A DNA stretch of 64,000 nt, taken from contig CAVXJN010000003.1 of assembly GCA_963762165.1 (NCBI GenBank), forward strand, positions 1,440,694 through 1,504,693, given 5' to 3'. The DNA comes from an uncultured Gammaproteobacteria bacterium (GTDB taxonomy: Bacteria > Pseudomonadota > Gammaproteobacteria > JASBUN01). Below the pieces are notes generated by a model. It searched no databases and was not told where the DNA came from. It was given only the letters and a program-made list of their open reading frames with translations. Below, in pieces: positions 14,584 to 25,458 of this stretch; position 1 is the first letter of the stretch, and every line of letters starts with the position of its first letter. The translations under genes were made by a program, and so were the position numbers.

Positions 14584-15102
14584 ATGCGTTGCCCGTTTTG
14601 TGCTGCCCAGGATACCAAGGTGGTCGATTCCCGGTTGGCCGGAGACGGCGATCAGATTCGACGGCGGCGTGAATGTTTGTCCTGTGGTGAGCGCTTCACG
14701 ACCTATGAGTTTGCCGAATTGCGCATGCCGCGAGTGATAAAAACCGACGGCACGCGTGAGGATTTCAGCGAGGAAAAGCTGCGCACCGGTTTTCTGCGGG
14801 CATTGGAAAAACGTCCTGTCGGTACGGAGCAGATCGAGGCGGCGCTGAACCGGGTCAAACATGCGCTGCACACCATGGGCGAACGCGAAATCGGCTCACG
14901 GATGATCGGCGAACGGGTAATGAATGAATTGCGGGAATTGGATCAAGTGGCGTACGTGCGTTTCGCATCGGTGTATCGCAGTTTCGAAGATGTGAATGCG
15001 TTTCGCGAAGAGATCGAGCGGCTCGAGAACTCGCCGACGGCGGAATTGAAAAAACATCAGTTGCCCTTGCTGCCGGGCGAGACCGGCGGCAGTGAGCGTT
15101 GA
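14584..15102 (+). CDS. nrdR: transcriptional repressor NrdR (zinc ribbon + ATP-cone)
   Basis: [18 protein letters not shown]...[12 protein letters not shown] is the NrdR signature. It has a C-terminal extension of about 20 aa that overlaps the ribD start. Confidence 0.9.
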   Translation: MRCPFCAAQDTKVVDSRLAGDGDQIRRRRECLSCGERFTTYEFAELRMPRVIKTDGTREDFSEEKLRTGFLRALEKRPVGTEQIEAALNRVKHALHTMGEREIGSRMIGERVMNELRELDQVAYVRFASVYRSFEDVNAFREEIERLENSPTAELKKHQLPLLPGETGGSER

Positions 15103-15112
15103 CGGCACCGCC

Positions 15113-16231
15113 ATGACCGCGGCTGCCGACCACGAATTCATGGCGCTGGCACTGCGCCTCGCCGAGCGCGGCTTGTACAGTACGGACCCTAATCCGAGGG
15201 TCGGCTGCGTGCTGGTGCGCGACGGCGCGATTTTGGGCCAAGGCTGGCACGAGCGGGCCGGCGGCGCCCATGCGGAGGTGGCCGCGTTGGCGGATGCGGG
15301 GGGGGATGCGCGCGGCGCGAGCGCCTACGTGACCCTCGAACCGTGTTCTCACCACGGCCGAACACCGCCGTGCAGCAATGCGCTGATCGAGGCTGGGGTC
15401 AGGCGGGTAGTGGCGGCCATGCAGGACCCGAACCCGCAGGTTGCAGGCAGCGGTTTGGCGCAGTTGCGCGCCGCGGGTGTGGAAACCGAGGTCGGACTGA
15501 TGGCAGCCCAAGCCGAAGCGCTGAATGCAGGTTTCATCATGCGCATGCGACACGGCCGCCCGTTGGTGCGCTGCAAACTGGCGATGAGCCTGGATGGCCG
15601 CACGGCGATGGCCGACGGCGAAAGTAAATGGATCACGGCAGCGGCCGCCCGTGCGGATGTCCATCGGTTGCGTGCCCGCAGTTCAGCGCTGATCAGTGGC
15701 ATCGGAACGGTTCTTGCCGACGATCCGCAATTGACGGCGCGCATCCAAGACGGGGAGAACCCGGGTAACCGGCGCCAACCGCTGCGGGTGATCCTCGACC
15801 CGCACTTGAGCACGCCGCCGGCCGCACGCACGCTGCAATGTGAAGGTCGAACGCTTATCGTCACTGCAAGCGACAGTGATGGCGCCAGCGAACGCCTGCG
15901 CGCCGCGGGCGCTGAGGTAATCCGAATCGCCGGCGGCCCGGACGCCGTTGATCTGCTCGCCATGCTGGAATACTTGGCGAGCAACGAGCAGATCAACGAA
16001 GTGCTGTTGGAGACCGGCGCCACATTGAGCGGCGCTATGCTGAAGGCTGGGCTGGTGGACGAAATCGTGTTGTACGTTGCACCGCATTTCATGGGTGACG
16101 GCGCGCGCGGTTTGTTTCATTTGCCGGGCATTGAATGTATGGAGCAACGCTTGCAACTGGAAATCGCCGACATCCGTGCGGTGGGCGACGATTGGCGGAT
16201 CATCGCGCGTCCACTGCCGCACACGCTCTGA
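15113..16231 (+). CDS. ribD: bifunctional diaminohydroxyphosphoribosylaminopyrimidine deaminase / 5-amino-6-(5-phosphoribosylamino)uracil reductase
   Basis: The deaminase motif (HAEVAAL...PCSHHGRTPPC) plus the reductase domain are present. The ORF could alternatively begin at GTG 15092; ATG 15113 fits the E. coli N-terminus better. Confidence 0.9.
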   Translation: MTAAADHEFMALALRLAERGLYSTDPNPRVGCVLVRDGAILGQGWHERAGGAHAEVAALADAGGDARGASAYVTLEPCSHHGRTPPCSNALIEAGVRRVVAAMQDPNPQVAGSGLAQLRAAGVETEVGLMAAQAEALNAGFIMRMRHGRPLVRCKLAMSLDGRTAMADGESKWITAAAARADVHRLRARSSALISGIGTVLADDPQLTARIQDGENPGNRRQPLRVILDPHLSTPPAARTLQCEGRTLIVTASDSDGASERLRAAGAEVIRIAGGPDAVDLLAMLEYLASNEQINEVLLETGATLSGAMLKAGLVDEIVLYVAPHFMGDGARGLFHLPGIECMEQRLQLEIADIRAVGDDWRIIARPLPHTL

Positions 16232-16239
16232 GGTAAGTC

Positions 16240-16902
16240 GTGTTTACCAGGAATTATCGAAGCTGTCGGTGAGATCGCCGCTCTGCAACCCGGGGGCTCG
16301 GATCAGCGCCTGCGGGTGCGTACAGGTTCGCTCGAACTAGACGATGTGCGGCCGGGTGACAGTATTGCCGTCAGCGGCGTGTGCCTGACGGTAACCGAAT
16401 TGCCCGGCGACGGGTTCTGGGCCGATGTGTCGGGGGAGACCTTGCAGCGGAGCATTTTCGGAACGCTGAGTACCGGTGCACGGGTCAACCTGGAGAAAGC
16501 GCTGCTGCCCCATACGCGACTCGGGGGGCATCTGGTAAGTGGTCATGTGGACGGCGTCGGCGAAATTACGGCAAGGCGGGGTGACGGCCGTTCAGTGCAG
16601 TTTCAGGTCAAGGCGCCCGATGCGCTGGCACGTTACATCGCGGAGAAGGGTTCGGTTTGCGTCGATGGAGTCAGCCTCACAGTCAATGCCGTACAAGGTT
16701 CGATTTTCGACCTGAATATCGTACCCCACACGCTCAAGAAACGACTATGGACGAGTATCGGCCCGGGCGTCGCGTCAATCTGGAAGTGGACTTGATCGCC
16801 CGCTATCTGGAACGCTTGCTGCTCGGCGAGCGGGCCGCCCAGGCCGATACCGGCATCAGTCGCGAATTTCTCGCTGCCCACGGGTTCACAGGCAACGAGT
16901 AG
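16240..16902 (+). pseudogene. ribE: riboflavin synthase alpha chain; 2 frameshifts, probably sequencing error
   Basis: GTG 16240 gives MFTG. A 1-nt insertion near 16249 (ACC-A-GGAATT) breaks the conserved MFTGIIEAVGEI. The body is in ORF 16316..16795 (both lumazine-binding repeats), and the C-terminal RVNLEVDLIARYLERLL is in ORF 16657..16902. Confidence 0.8.
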
Positions 16903-16905
16903 GCG

Positions 16906-18051
16906 ATGTCTGCCAGCGATTCATCGGAAACGGCCACTGTCATGTCATTCAATACCATCGAAGAAATTCTCGCAGATCTCCACGCCGGAAAAATGGTGGT
17001 GATCATGGACGACGAGAATCGTGAGAACGAAGGGGATCTGTTGATGGCGGCCGGACTGGTACGGCCGGAAGACATCAATTTCATGGCCCGCTACGGCCGC
17101 GGTCTGATATGCCTGACCTTGACCAAGGAGCGCTGCGAACAACTGCGGTTACCGCTGATGGTCAGCGACAACTACGCCAAACATGCCACCAACTTCACGG
17201 TGTCGATCGAGGCTGCCGAAGGCGTTACCACGGGAATTTCGGCTGCGGACCGCGCGATTACGGTGCGCGCCGCTGTGGCGGCAGATGCAAAACCGGAGGA
17301 CGTGGTCCAGCCCGGTCATATTTTTCCGCTCATGGCACGGCCGGGCGGGGTGCTGACTCGCGCCGGACACACGGAAGCGGGCTGCGACTTGACCCGTTTG
17401 GCAGGGCTCGAGCCGGCCGCGGTCATCGTCGAGATTCTCAACGAAGACGGAACCATGGCGCGGCGCCCGGACCTGGAGGTGTTCGCACGCGAACACGATT
17501 TGAAGATCGGAACCATCGCGGATCTGATTCGCTACCGGGTCGAAAACGAAACCACCATCGAGCGCGTTGCCGAAAGCGATATCGAGACCGAGTACGGAAA
17601 CTTCCGGCTGGTAACCTATCTGGACGCCATCGACGACGAGCTTCACTTTGCGCTGATACTCGGTGATCTCCAGCCGCGCGAGCCGGCCCTGGTGCGAGTA
17701 CATTTACAAAGTACCTTGTGCGATGTGCTGGGCGGGGTGCATAGCGACTGCGGGTGGCCGTTGCGCCGGGCGATGCAGCGCATCCAGCGCGAAGGCCGCG
17801 GCGTGATCGTATTGTTGCGCAAAGCCGAGGATAATCGTGAACTGGTCCGCCGCGTGCGCAACCTGCAGTTGGGCATCGGCGTCGAAGGGGGCGCTTCCGG
17901 GCCGCAGTCGGAACTGCGTACCTTTGGCGTTGGTGCTCAGATCTTGAGCGACTTGGGCGTGCGTAGCATGCGCGTGCTCAGCGCGCCCAAAGTCATGCAC
18001 GGCCTGTCGGGATTCGGGCTTGAGGTGGTAGAGTACATTTCGCCCGATTGA
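16906..18051 (+). CDS. ribB: RibBA-type fusion: 3,4-dihydroxy-2-butanone-4-phosphate synthase plus a GTP-cyclohydrolase-II-like domain that appears degenerate
   Basis: The N-terminal DHBP synthase is well conserved (RENEGDL...RGLICL). In the C-terminal RibA-like domain two of the three zinc-ligand cysteines of E. coli RibA (SECL..RCDCG) are replaced (LQST..HSDCG). Confidence 0.85.
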   Translation: MSASDSSETATVMSFNTIEEILADLHAGKMVVIMDDENRENEGDLLMAAGLVRPEDINFMARYGRGLICLTLTKERCEQLRLPLMVSDNYAKHATNFTVSIEAAEGVTTGISAADRAITVRAAVAADAKPEDVVQPGHIFPLMARPGGVLTRAGHTEAGCDLTRLAGLEPAAVIVEILNEDGTMARRPDLEVFAREHDLKIGTIADLIRYRVENETTIERVAESDIETEYGNFRLVTYLDAIDDELHFALILGDLQPREPALVRVHLQSTLCDVLGGVHSDCGWPLRRAMQRIQREGRGVIVLLRKAEDNRELVRRVRNLQLGIGVEGGASGPQSELRTFGVGAQILSDLGVRSMRVLSAPKVMHGLSGFGLEVVEYISPD

Positions 18052-18107
18052 AGGCGCGTTTGCGCTAGAGAGACTGTTGCACCATTTTTCGTTTTCAGAG
18101 AGCAACT

Positions 18108-18587
18108 ATGAGCAAGTACAAAACGGTAGAAGGCGATTTGCAGGTTCGCGGCGCACGGTTCGTGTTGCTGGCGTCACGCTTCAACAGCTTTGTGGTCGAG
18201 AGTTTGCTCGAGGGCGCGCTCGATACGCTGCGCCGTCACGGCGCCGAAGAAAGCGATCTGCACGTCGTGCGTGTGCCAGGCGCTTTTGAAATGCCACTGG
18301 CCGCAGCGCGGTTGGCGAAGACGGGTGACTACGACGCCATCGTCGCATTGGGAGCGGTGATCCGCGGCGGTACGCCGCACTTCGAATACGTGGCGGGTGA
18401 GTGCACGAAAGGCCTTGCCGGCGTATCCATGCAACACGACATACCGGTGGGGTTCGGCGTACTGACGGTTGATACCATCGAACAAGCCATCGAGCGTGCC
18501 GGAACCAAAGCTGGCAACAAAGGCGCGGAAGCGGCGTTGTCTGCCATCGAAATGGTGAATGTGTTGCGTAATCTGGATGCACGATGA
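18108..18587 (+). CDS. ribH: 6,7-dimethyl-8-ribityllumazine synthase
   Basis: 159 aa, very close to E. coli RibH ([16 protein letters not shown]...[16 protein letters not shown]). Confidence 0.95.
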   Translation: MSKYKTVEGDLQVRGARFVLLASRFNSFVVESLLEGALDTLRRHGAEESDLHVVRVPGAFEMPLAAARLAKTGDYDAIVALGAVIRGGTPHFEYVAGECTKGLAGVSMQHDIPVGFGVLTVDTIEQAIERAGTKAGNKGAEAALSAIEMVNVLRNLDAR

Positions 18588-19048
18588 TGGCTGCGCCTGC
18601 TGCCGGTGGCCACAACCCCGCCCACGCGCGCAAGCGCGCGCGACGGCTGGCAGTGCAAGCCCTCTATCAATGGCAACTGTCAGATGGCGCGTTGCGTGAA
18701 ATCGAATCGCAGTTTCTGGAAGAGCAGGATTTTCGCCTCGCAGACGTGTCTTATTTCCGCGAGCTATTGCACGAGATTCCGGCGCGTCTGGATAAGCTGG
18801 ACGACGCGCTGCAGCCCTACATGCAATGGCGTATGGAAGAAATCGATCCCGTGGAACGGGCTATACTGCGCATCGCCGCTTACGAACTGCTGGAACGCAT
18901 CGAAATCCCCTATCGCGTAGTGCTCAACGAAGCCGTGGCGCTGGCGAAAACCTTCGGTGCCGCGGAAAGCCATAAATATGTCAACGGGGTTCTCGACCAA
19001 GCCGCTCGCGGCCTGCGCGCCATCGAGGTCGACGCCGGCCGCCGCTAG
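18584..19048 (+). CDS. nusB: transcription antitermination factor NusB
   Basis: NusB family layout (LAVQALYQW...RIAAYELL...HKYVNGVLD). The stop/start overlap with ribH and the position are as in the E. coli ribH-nusB-thiL-pgpA block. Confidence 0.9.
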   Translation: MMAAPAAGGHNPAHARKRARRLAVQALYQWQLSDGALREIESQFLEEQDFRLADVSYFRELLHEIPARLDKLDDALQPYMQWRMEEIDPVERAILRIAAYELLERIEIPYRVVLNEAVALAKTFGAAESHKYVNGVLDQAARGLRAIEVDAGRR

Positions 19049-19061
19049 CCGGCAGGTTGTT

Positions 19062-20018
19062 ATGACTCTTCTCGTATCCGAGGCGGCGCGGTTCTCGAGT
19101 TTCCGCCCACCCACACCCGGACTGCCGCTGCAGCAGATGTTGCTGCCGGATTTGGATCCAGAGCACGCACTGGTCAGTGTCGATACGCTGAACGTCGGCG
19201 TACACTTCGGCGCCGATGACGATCCGTCCGCGGTTGGGCACAAGAGCCTGGCGGTAAACTTGAGCGACATGGCGGCGATGGGGGCGCAGGCGCGTTGGGC
19301 GACGTTGGCCTTGCGACTGCCAGCCGAACTGTCCGCTGCCTGGTTCGACGGATTTCGGTCCGGTTTTGATTCATTGGCCCACTGCTCCGGGGTCTGTCTG
19401 GGCGCTTTCGATGTCGGCGAAGGGCCTTTGTCGGCAACGGTCGAGGTGATCGGCACAGCCCCGCCGGGGGCGAGTCTGCGCCGGGCGGGCGCACATGTTG
19501 GGGATCGGGTGCTGGTCAGTGGAACCCTGGGGGACGCAGCGTACTGGCTGCGTCAGCGGCTTGCCGGCGTGAAGGTCGGGAATCGGGCGCAGTCATGGCT
19601 GGAACAGCGCCTGGACCGGCCGAGCCCGCGCCTCGAACTCGGTGCGCTGCTGCGCGATTACGCCACCAGCGCCATCGATGTGAGCGACGGTCTGGTGTCG
19701 GATCTGGGCCATATCCTCGCAGCAAGCAGGGTCGGTGCATCGCTGGAGACCGTTCGACTACCCTTGTCGGAGGCGTTGCGCGCCTGCGCGGAAGATGAGC
19801 ATGCGCTGCGCTGCGCGCTGTCCGGCGGCGACGATTATGAGCTTTGCTTTACGGTTCCCCCGGATCGGGCGCAGACCTTGATCGAAGCCGCGCGGCGGCT
19901 GGAATTGCAGATCACCGACATCGGCGAAATCGATGCCCAGTCCGGTTTGCGCATGCTCGATGCCAATGGCGCGCAGTTCACCTCAATGGCCAAGGGATAT
20001 GACCATTTCCTGCCGTGA
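19062..20018 (+). CDS. thiL: thiamine-monophosphate kinase
   Basis: Collinear with E. coli ThiL (HKSLAVNLSDMAAMGA..., AIDVSDGLVSDLGHI, GGDDYELCFTVP). The start was chosen at the Met of MTLLVSEAARF. Confidence 0.85.
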   Translation: MTLLVSEAARFSSFRPPTPGLPLQQMLLPDLDPEHALVSVDTLNVGVHFGADDDPSAVGHKSLAVNLSDMAAMGAQARWATLALRLPAELSAAWFDGFRSGFDSLAHCSGVCLGAFDVGEGPLSATVEVIGTAPPGASLRRAGAHVGDRVLVSGTLGDAAYWLRQRLAGVKVGNRAQSWLEQRLDRPSPRLELGALLRDYATSAIDVSDGLVSDLGHILAASRVGASLETVRLPLSEALRACAEDEHALRCALSGGDDYELCFTVPPDRAQTLIEAARRLELQITDIGEIDAQSGLRMLDANGAQFTSMAKGYDHFLP

Positions 20019-20512
20019 AAAATGCATTAAAACGTAACCGCCTGCCTGCCAGGATCTGGGGGCATCCGGCGCGCTTATTGGCGTGCGGCTTCGGCTCGGG
20101 CGCGGCGCCTTATGCGCCGGGAACTTTTGGCACCCTCGCGGCGATACCGCTGTATCTGTTGTTGGCGCCACTGCCGTTACTGGCTTACGTGCTGGTTATG
20201 ACCGGTCTGTTTGCCGTCGGGGTATGGGCCTGTCACGTCACCGCCCACAGCTTCGGAGTCCATGATCACGGCGGCATCGTCTGGGATGAATTCATCGGCT
20301 ATTTGTTGACCATGACTGCCGCCCCCAGCGGTTGGCAATGGCCACTCGCGGGGTTCGTATTGTTTCGGGTGTTCGATATCCTCAAGCCCTGGCCTGTGCG
20401 CTGGCTCGATCGACACATCCCCGGCGGCTTGGGGATCATGCTCGACGATCTGGCCGCGGCTGTGTACGCTCTGGTCAGTATGCAAGTACTGGCGCATTTC
20501 GCGGTAGCGTGA
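20015..20512 (+). CDS. pgpA: phosphatidylglycerophosphatase A
   Basis: PgpA family membrane protein (GFGSGAAPYAPGTFGTL...IVWDEFIGY...ILKPWPV) with a 4-nt overlap with thiL. Confidence 0.85.
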   Translation: MKNALKRNRLPARIWGHPARLLACGFGSGAAPYAPGTFGTLAAIPLYLLLAPLPLLAYVLVMTGLFAVGVWACHVTAHSFGVHDHGGIVWDEFIGYLLTMTAAPSGWQWPLAGFVLFRVFDILKPWPVRWLDRHIPGGLGIMLDDLAAAVYALVSMQVLAHFAVA

Positions 20513-20532
20513 AATCAGCCCAAGGGGGTGGG

Positions 20533-20928
20533 ATGAAAGCGGCGAGAGCGGTTTTGCTGTGGGTGCTGGTGTGGACGGCGCAAGCCGTTTGCGCCGGCCA
20601 GGTGCACATCGAAGATGTCGATTTGACGCTTCAAGACGGTCGCTGGCGTGCCGACGTGACCCTGCGTCACGCCGATACCGGCTGGGATCATTACGCCGAC
20701 GCATGGCGGCTGGTGGACGGTAGCGGTCACGTGCTGGCAACGCGCAAGCTGTGGCACCCCCATGTGGACGAGCAGCCTTTCACGCGCAGTCAAAGCGACA
20801 TCGAAATCCCGGATTCAGTGCGTTTTGTGTATGTCGAGGGCCATGACAAGGTGCATGGCTGGAGTCCGGACCGGGTGAAGGTGGACCTTCTCAAGAATTC
20901 CGGCGAGCGGTTTCGTGTTCACCGTTAG
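20533..20928 (+). CDS. small secreted protein, hypothetical
   Basis: 131 aa from the ATG preceded by AAGGGGGTGGG. It has a cleavable signal peptide MKAARAVLLWVLVWTAQAVCA and I recognise no family. Confidence 0.45.
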   Translation: MKAARAVLLWVLVWTAQAVCAGQVHIEDVDLTLQDGRWRADVTLRHADTGWDHYADAWRLVDGSGHVLATRKLWHPHVDEQPFTRSQSDIEIPDSVRFVYVEGHDKVHGWSPDRVKVDLLKNSGERFRVHR

Positions 20929-21573
20929 CGGTGGCCGATTCCCCGCTGTCCTGTTGCTGGGGCTGTTGCTGCAAAGCACTGCGCTCGCTGCTGACAAAAT
21001 CGTCGTCCAGGGGCTGTTTCGCGATCAGCAGTGGTGTCGATCGACGGCAAACGTCGCTTGCTGAAGATCGGTGAGCAAAGTCCGGAAGGGGTCACGGTGA
21101 TTCGTGCGGACAGCCACGAAGCGTTGCTGGAAGTCGACGGCAAACGCAAGGTCTTTCGACTAGGAGAACAAGTCGCCAGCAGCTTCGCGCCGCAAGCCTT
21201 CACCGAAGTGCGTATCTGGCCCGACGTTCAAGGCATGTACATGACGGTCGGATCCATCAACGGCGCACCGGTACGCTTTATGGTGGATACCGGCGCGACC
21301 CTGGTGGCGATGAATGAACTTGAGGCGCGGCGACTCGGCATTCACTATCGAATGGATGGACAGCGGGGACGGGCGTCAACCGCAGCGGGGATCGTTTCCA
21401 CCTACCACGTGGAGCTCAGATCGGTACAGGTCGGCGATATCCGCTTGCAGAATGTCGAAGCGGTGGTGATAGAGGGCGGATTTCCGCAGGAGGTTTTGCT
21501 GGGAATGAGCTTCCTGGGCCGGCTCAAGATCGAGAATCACGGCACCGCCATGTTGCTGCGGCAGTTGCACTGA
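20916..21573 (+). pseudogene. retropepsin-like aspartic protease (TIGR02281 / clan AA), N-terminal frameshift
   Basis: Clan-AA catalytic region FMVDTGATLVAMNE in ORF 21031..21573. The signal-anchor and the KIVVQGLFRDQ linker are in another frame from GTG 20916, and a 1-2-nt indel near 21025-21035 joins them. Confidence 0.6.
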
Positions 21574-21596
21574 GCCGCAGCGGCTACGGCCTCGAG

Positions 21597-22417
21597 GTTA
21601 GCTCGTTTCCTTGTCGTGCTCGATCAGCGCGTACGCGGAGTGATTGTGAATGGATTCGAAGTTCTCCGACTCCACTGACGTAGGCACCGATCCGGTCGTC
21701 TTCATTCAGGCGCCCGGCGACATCCCGAACCATGTCTTCGACGAATTTCGGGTTGTCATAGGCCCGTTCGGTCACGAATTTCTCGTCCGGCCGTTTCAGC
21801 AGACCATAGAGCTGCAGGACGCTTCGTCTTCCACCAGGTCGATCACTTCCTCGATCCAGATAAAGCCCCTGGTGCGGACCTTGACGGTGACATGTGAGCG
21901 TTGGTTATGGGCGCCGTAATCGGAAATCTTCTTCGAACAAGGGCACAGGCTGGTCACCGGCACCACCACCTTGATATGCATGCTCGGCGCACCGTCACGG
22001 ATCTCGCCGATCAGCGTGACGTCGTAGTCCATCAAGCTCTGCACGCCCGACACCGGCGCGGTCTTGTTGATGAAATACGGAAACTGCATTTCGATATGAC
22101 CTGACGTCGGCTTCCAGGCGATCGGTCATTTCGGCGAGCATTTCCTTGAACGAGTCCACCGAGATCTCACGCTCGTGGAGGTTGAGGATCTCCACGAACC
22201 GCGACATGTGCGTGCCCTTGAAATTATGCGGCAGGTTCACGTACATGTTGAAGTTGGCGACGGTGTGCTGCTCGCCGCCCGAGCGGTCCTTGATGCGTAC
22301 CGGGTGGCGAATATCCTTGATTCCCACCTTGTCGATGGCGATGCGGCGCATGTCGGCGCTGCTCTGGACGTCTTCGATCTCGGCACCAGCCGTACCGATT
22401 GTGCTCATTTCATTCAT
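21597..22417 (-). pseudogene. folE2: GTP cyclohydrolase FolE2 (type IB, MptA family); at least 3 frameshifts, probably sequencing error
   Basis: N-terminal and central FolE2 sequence is in ORFs 21995..22444 and 21796..22089 (RHPVRIKDR...[20 protein letters not shown]; LCPCSK). The C-terminal [16 protein letters not shown] is readable only in a third frame around 21600-21680. Confidence 0.8.
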
Positions 22418-22592
22418 ACTCTCGGCTGTTCCTGTGAACTGCACGCGGACGCGACTTTGGAACCTTCAAGTTTACCTTGGTCCGGCCTTCGAATCGACCG
22501 CAGACTGGCTGAGACTTCGAATTCGGCGGGCCGTTGGCGGTGATTCCGGGCGATGCGGGGCGAAAGCTATAGGCGACTAAAGCAGTAGGATA

Positions 22593-24475
22593 TTACTGCA
22601 GTGCCTGGGCTTTTGCAACGGCGGGCAAACGCGCGCGGATGCTGCGCAGGATCGCTTCGACGTCGAGCCCGGATTCCGCCAACTGCTCGTCGGGGGTGCC
22701 GTGTTCGATGAAACGATCCGGCAGTCCCAGATGCATGATGTTGTGGGGCTCGCCTAGTCCGTGCAACAGCTCTGCTACTGCGCTGCCCGCGCCTCCGGCC
22801 ACCGCGTTTTCCTCGATCGTGACCAGTAGTTCATGTTCGCGGGCGCTGCGCAGGATCGCTTCTTCGTCCAACGGTTTGACGAAGCGCATATTGATCAGGG
22901 TTGCGTCCAGAGTCTCCGCGACCACTGCGGCGCGCTCCACCATGCTGCCGAAAGCGAGTAACGCGATCCGCTGGCCCTTGCGCCGCAATTGCGATTTGCC
23001 GATTTCCAGCGGCTCATGCGTTTGGCGGACCGTTACTCCAGGGCCGCGGCCGCGTGGATAGCGCACCGCGCTGGGGCCTTCGATCTCGTAAGCGGTGTCG
23101 AGCATCTGCCGGCATTCGTTCTCATCCGCAGGTGCCATCACCACCATATTCGGGTATGCAGCGCAAATAACTCAGATCGAAGCTGCCGGCGTGGGTCGGA
23201 CCGTCAGGCCCCACCAGTCCGGCGCGGTCGATGGCGAGCACGACCGGAAGCTTCTGCAGCGCTATGTCGTGAATGAGCTGATCGTAACCACGCTGCAGAA
23301 ACGTGGAATAAATGGCGAGCACCGGCTTCATTCCGGCGCAAGCCATTCCCGCGGCGAGGGTTACAGCGTGCTGTTCAGCGATGCCGACGTCGTGGAACCG
23401 TTGCGGATAGCGTTCCGAAAACGCGACCAGCCCGGAGCCTTCGCGCATGGCCGGCGTGATTGCGGTCAAGCGCGCGTCCTGCTGCGCGCGATCGCATATC
23501 CAGTCGCCGAAGACTTCGGTGTAGGTAGGCCGGCCCTTCGTTTTAATCGGTTGCGGTCCCGTGACCGGATCGAATTTGGATACCCCGTGGAGCGCGCAGG
23601 GATTGTCTTCGGCGGGCGGGTAACCCTTGCCTTTTTGCGTAACGACGTGCAGAAAGCGCGGCCCTTCCAGCTCGCGCAGGGTGCGCAGGGTGCGCACCAA
23701 CTGCGGCAGATCATGGCCGTCGATGGGGCCGACGTAATTGAAGCCCAGTTCTTCAAACAAGGTTCCCGGAACCACCATGCCTTTCATATGTTCTTCGGCG
23801 CGGCGTGCGAGTTCCATCATGCTCGGCACCGCGGAAAGCACTTTCTTGCCGCCTTCGCGCATACTGGCGTAAAAGCGGCCGGAGAGGATCTTGCCCAGAT
23901 AGCGCGACAGTCCGCCGACATTGCGGGAAATGGACATCTCGTTGTCGTTCAGGATCACCAGCAGATCCGCATCCACGTCGCCGGCGTGGTTGAGCGCTTC
24001 GAACGCCATGCCGGCGGTCATTGCGCCGTCGCCGATCACCGCGACGGTCTTGTTGGTGGCGCCGGTGCGCGGCAGCCGCCAATGCCATTCCCAGTGCGGC
24101 GCTGACCGAAGTGCTGGAATGGCCGACGCCGAAGGCGTCGTAGGGACTTTCGTTGCGCCTGGGAAACCCGGCAATGCCGCCGTACTGGCGCAATCCCGCC
24201 ATGGCTTCCCGGCGTCCGGTCAGTATCTTGTGGGGATAGCTCTGGTGGCCGACGTCCCAGACCAAGCGATCGCGAGGCGTATCGAAAACGTAGTGTAGCG
24301 CCACCGCGAGCTCGACTGTGCCCAGATTCGCAGCCAGGTGGCCACCGGTACGGGCAACCGACTGAACCAGAAAATCCCGCAGCTCAGCGGCCAGTTGACC
24401 CAACTGTTGCTTGGTCATGCCGCGCAGGTCGGCAGGATCGTTCACAGTTTCGAGGAGCGGATAGTTTTGGGTCAT
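22593..24475 (-). pseudogene. dxs: 1-deoxy-D-xylulose-5-phosphate synthase; at least 2 frameshifts, probably sequencing error
   Basis: Three ORF pieces (23753..24475, 23122..24174, 22593..23147) together are collinear with E. coli Dxs over the TPP-binding, transketolase-pyrimidine and C-terminal domains. The indels lie near 24090-24170 and 23140. Confidence 0.9.
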
Positions 24476-24552
24476 GAATGGACGGCGGGCGGTGCGGCGA
24501 GGAGTAGGGCGCTATTATCGGTGGCCCTAGGCGCAGGCGCAAGGCAGCGCTG

Positions 24553-25458
24553 TCAGCGGAAGCGTTCGACGATGTAACGGGAAACGTCGCGCAGGGTGTC
24601 GGCTCGGCGGTCGAATTGCGCCAATGCTTCGATCGCCTGTTCGTGCAGTTCGCGGGCACGCTGCTTGGCGCCATCCATGCCGAGTACCGCGGGATAGGTG
24701 GGTTTTGCCAAAGCCAGGTCGGCACCGCGGGTTTTGCCCAGGACGTCGGTTTCCCCTTCAATATCGAGGATATCGTCGCGGATCTGGAACGCCAGACCGA
24801 CACATTTGCCGTAGCGGTCCAGATTCTCGAGTTGCGATTCGTCGGCCGTAGTGCTGTTCATCGCGGCCAACAGCACCGAAGCGCGAATCAACGCGCCGGT
24901 CTTGTGGATGTGCATGTCCTCGAGTTCGGCGATGTCGAGCTGTTTGCCTACCGCTTCGAGATCGATCGCCTGGCCGCCCGCCATCCCTCGCGATCCGCAG
25001 GCCAGTGCCAGGCGATCGATCATGGACAAGCGTTGCGCGGCGTCCGCCGTCATGGCGCGGTCGTGGGCGAGGATGTAGAACGCTAACGCTTGCAACGCGT
25101 CCCCGGCCAGAATCGCGGAGGCTTCGTCAAAAGCTTTGTGGCAGGTGGGTTGGCCGCGACGCAAATCATCATCGTCCATGGCCGGAAGATCGTCGTGGAT
25201 CAGGGAATAGGCATGGATGATCTCCACTGCCGCGGCAACGCCGTCGAGACTGGCGGGATCTATCGACAGCGCGTCGCCGGTGGCGAACACCAACACCGGG
25301 CGGATGCGCTTGCCGCCGCTCAGAGCCGAGTAGCGCATCGCGCGATGCAAACGGGCAGGGTGGGTATCCGATGCCGGCAGCCAGCGATCGATGGCCTGTT
25401 CCACGCGCGCCTGATATGCCTGCAGAACGGCCGCGAATGCGGCGGCTTCATTCGTCAC
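24553..25458 (-). CDS. ispA: (2E,6E)-farnesyl diphosphate synthase
   Basis: Both DDxxD motifs are present (IHDDLPAMDDDDLRRG; FQIRDDILD). The start is placed at GTG 25458 (VTNEAAAF) by alignment to E. coli IspA. The long ORF 24553..25572 extends into xseB. Confidence 0.85.
   Translation of the reverse strand: MTNEAAAFAAVLQAYQARVEQAIDRWLPASDTHPARLHRAMRYSALSGGKRIRPVLVFATGDALSIDPASLDGVAAAVEIIHAYSLIHDDLPAMDDDDLRRGQPTCHKAFDEASAILAGDALQALAFYILAHDRAMTADAAQRLSMIDRLALACGSRGMAGGQAIDLEAVGKQLDIAELEDMHIHKTGALIRASVLLAAMNSTTADESQLENLDRYGKCVGLAFQIRDDILDIEGETDVLGKTRGADLALAKPTYPAVLGMDGAKQRARELHEQAIEALAQFDRRADTLRDVSRYIVERFR

Noticed and set aside
20177-20740. 187-aa ORF on the - strand
   Set aside because: It is antisense to pgpA and to the start of the secreted-protein gene. 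It is Arg/Pro-rich shadow-ORF sequence.
22418-22592. Zur box upstream of folE2 (FolE2 is often the zinc-independent Zur-regulated paralog)
   Set aside because: There is no AT-rich palindrome resembling a Zur box in this 175-bp region. Only a GC hairpin next to the dxs stop (GCAGTAGGATATTACTGC) is present, which is more likely a dxs 3' structure.
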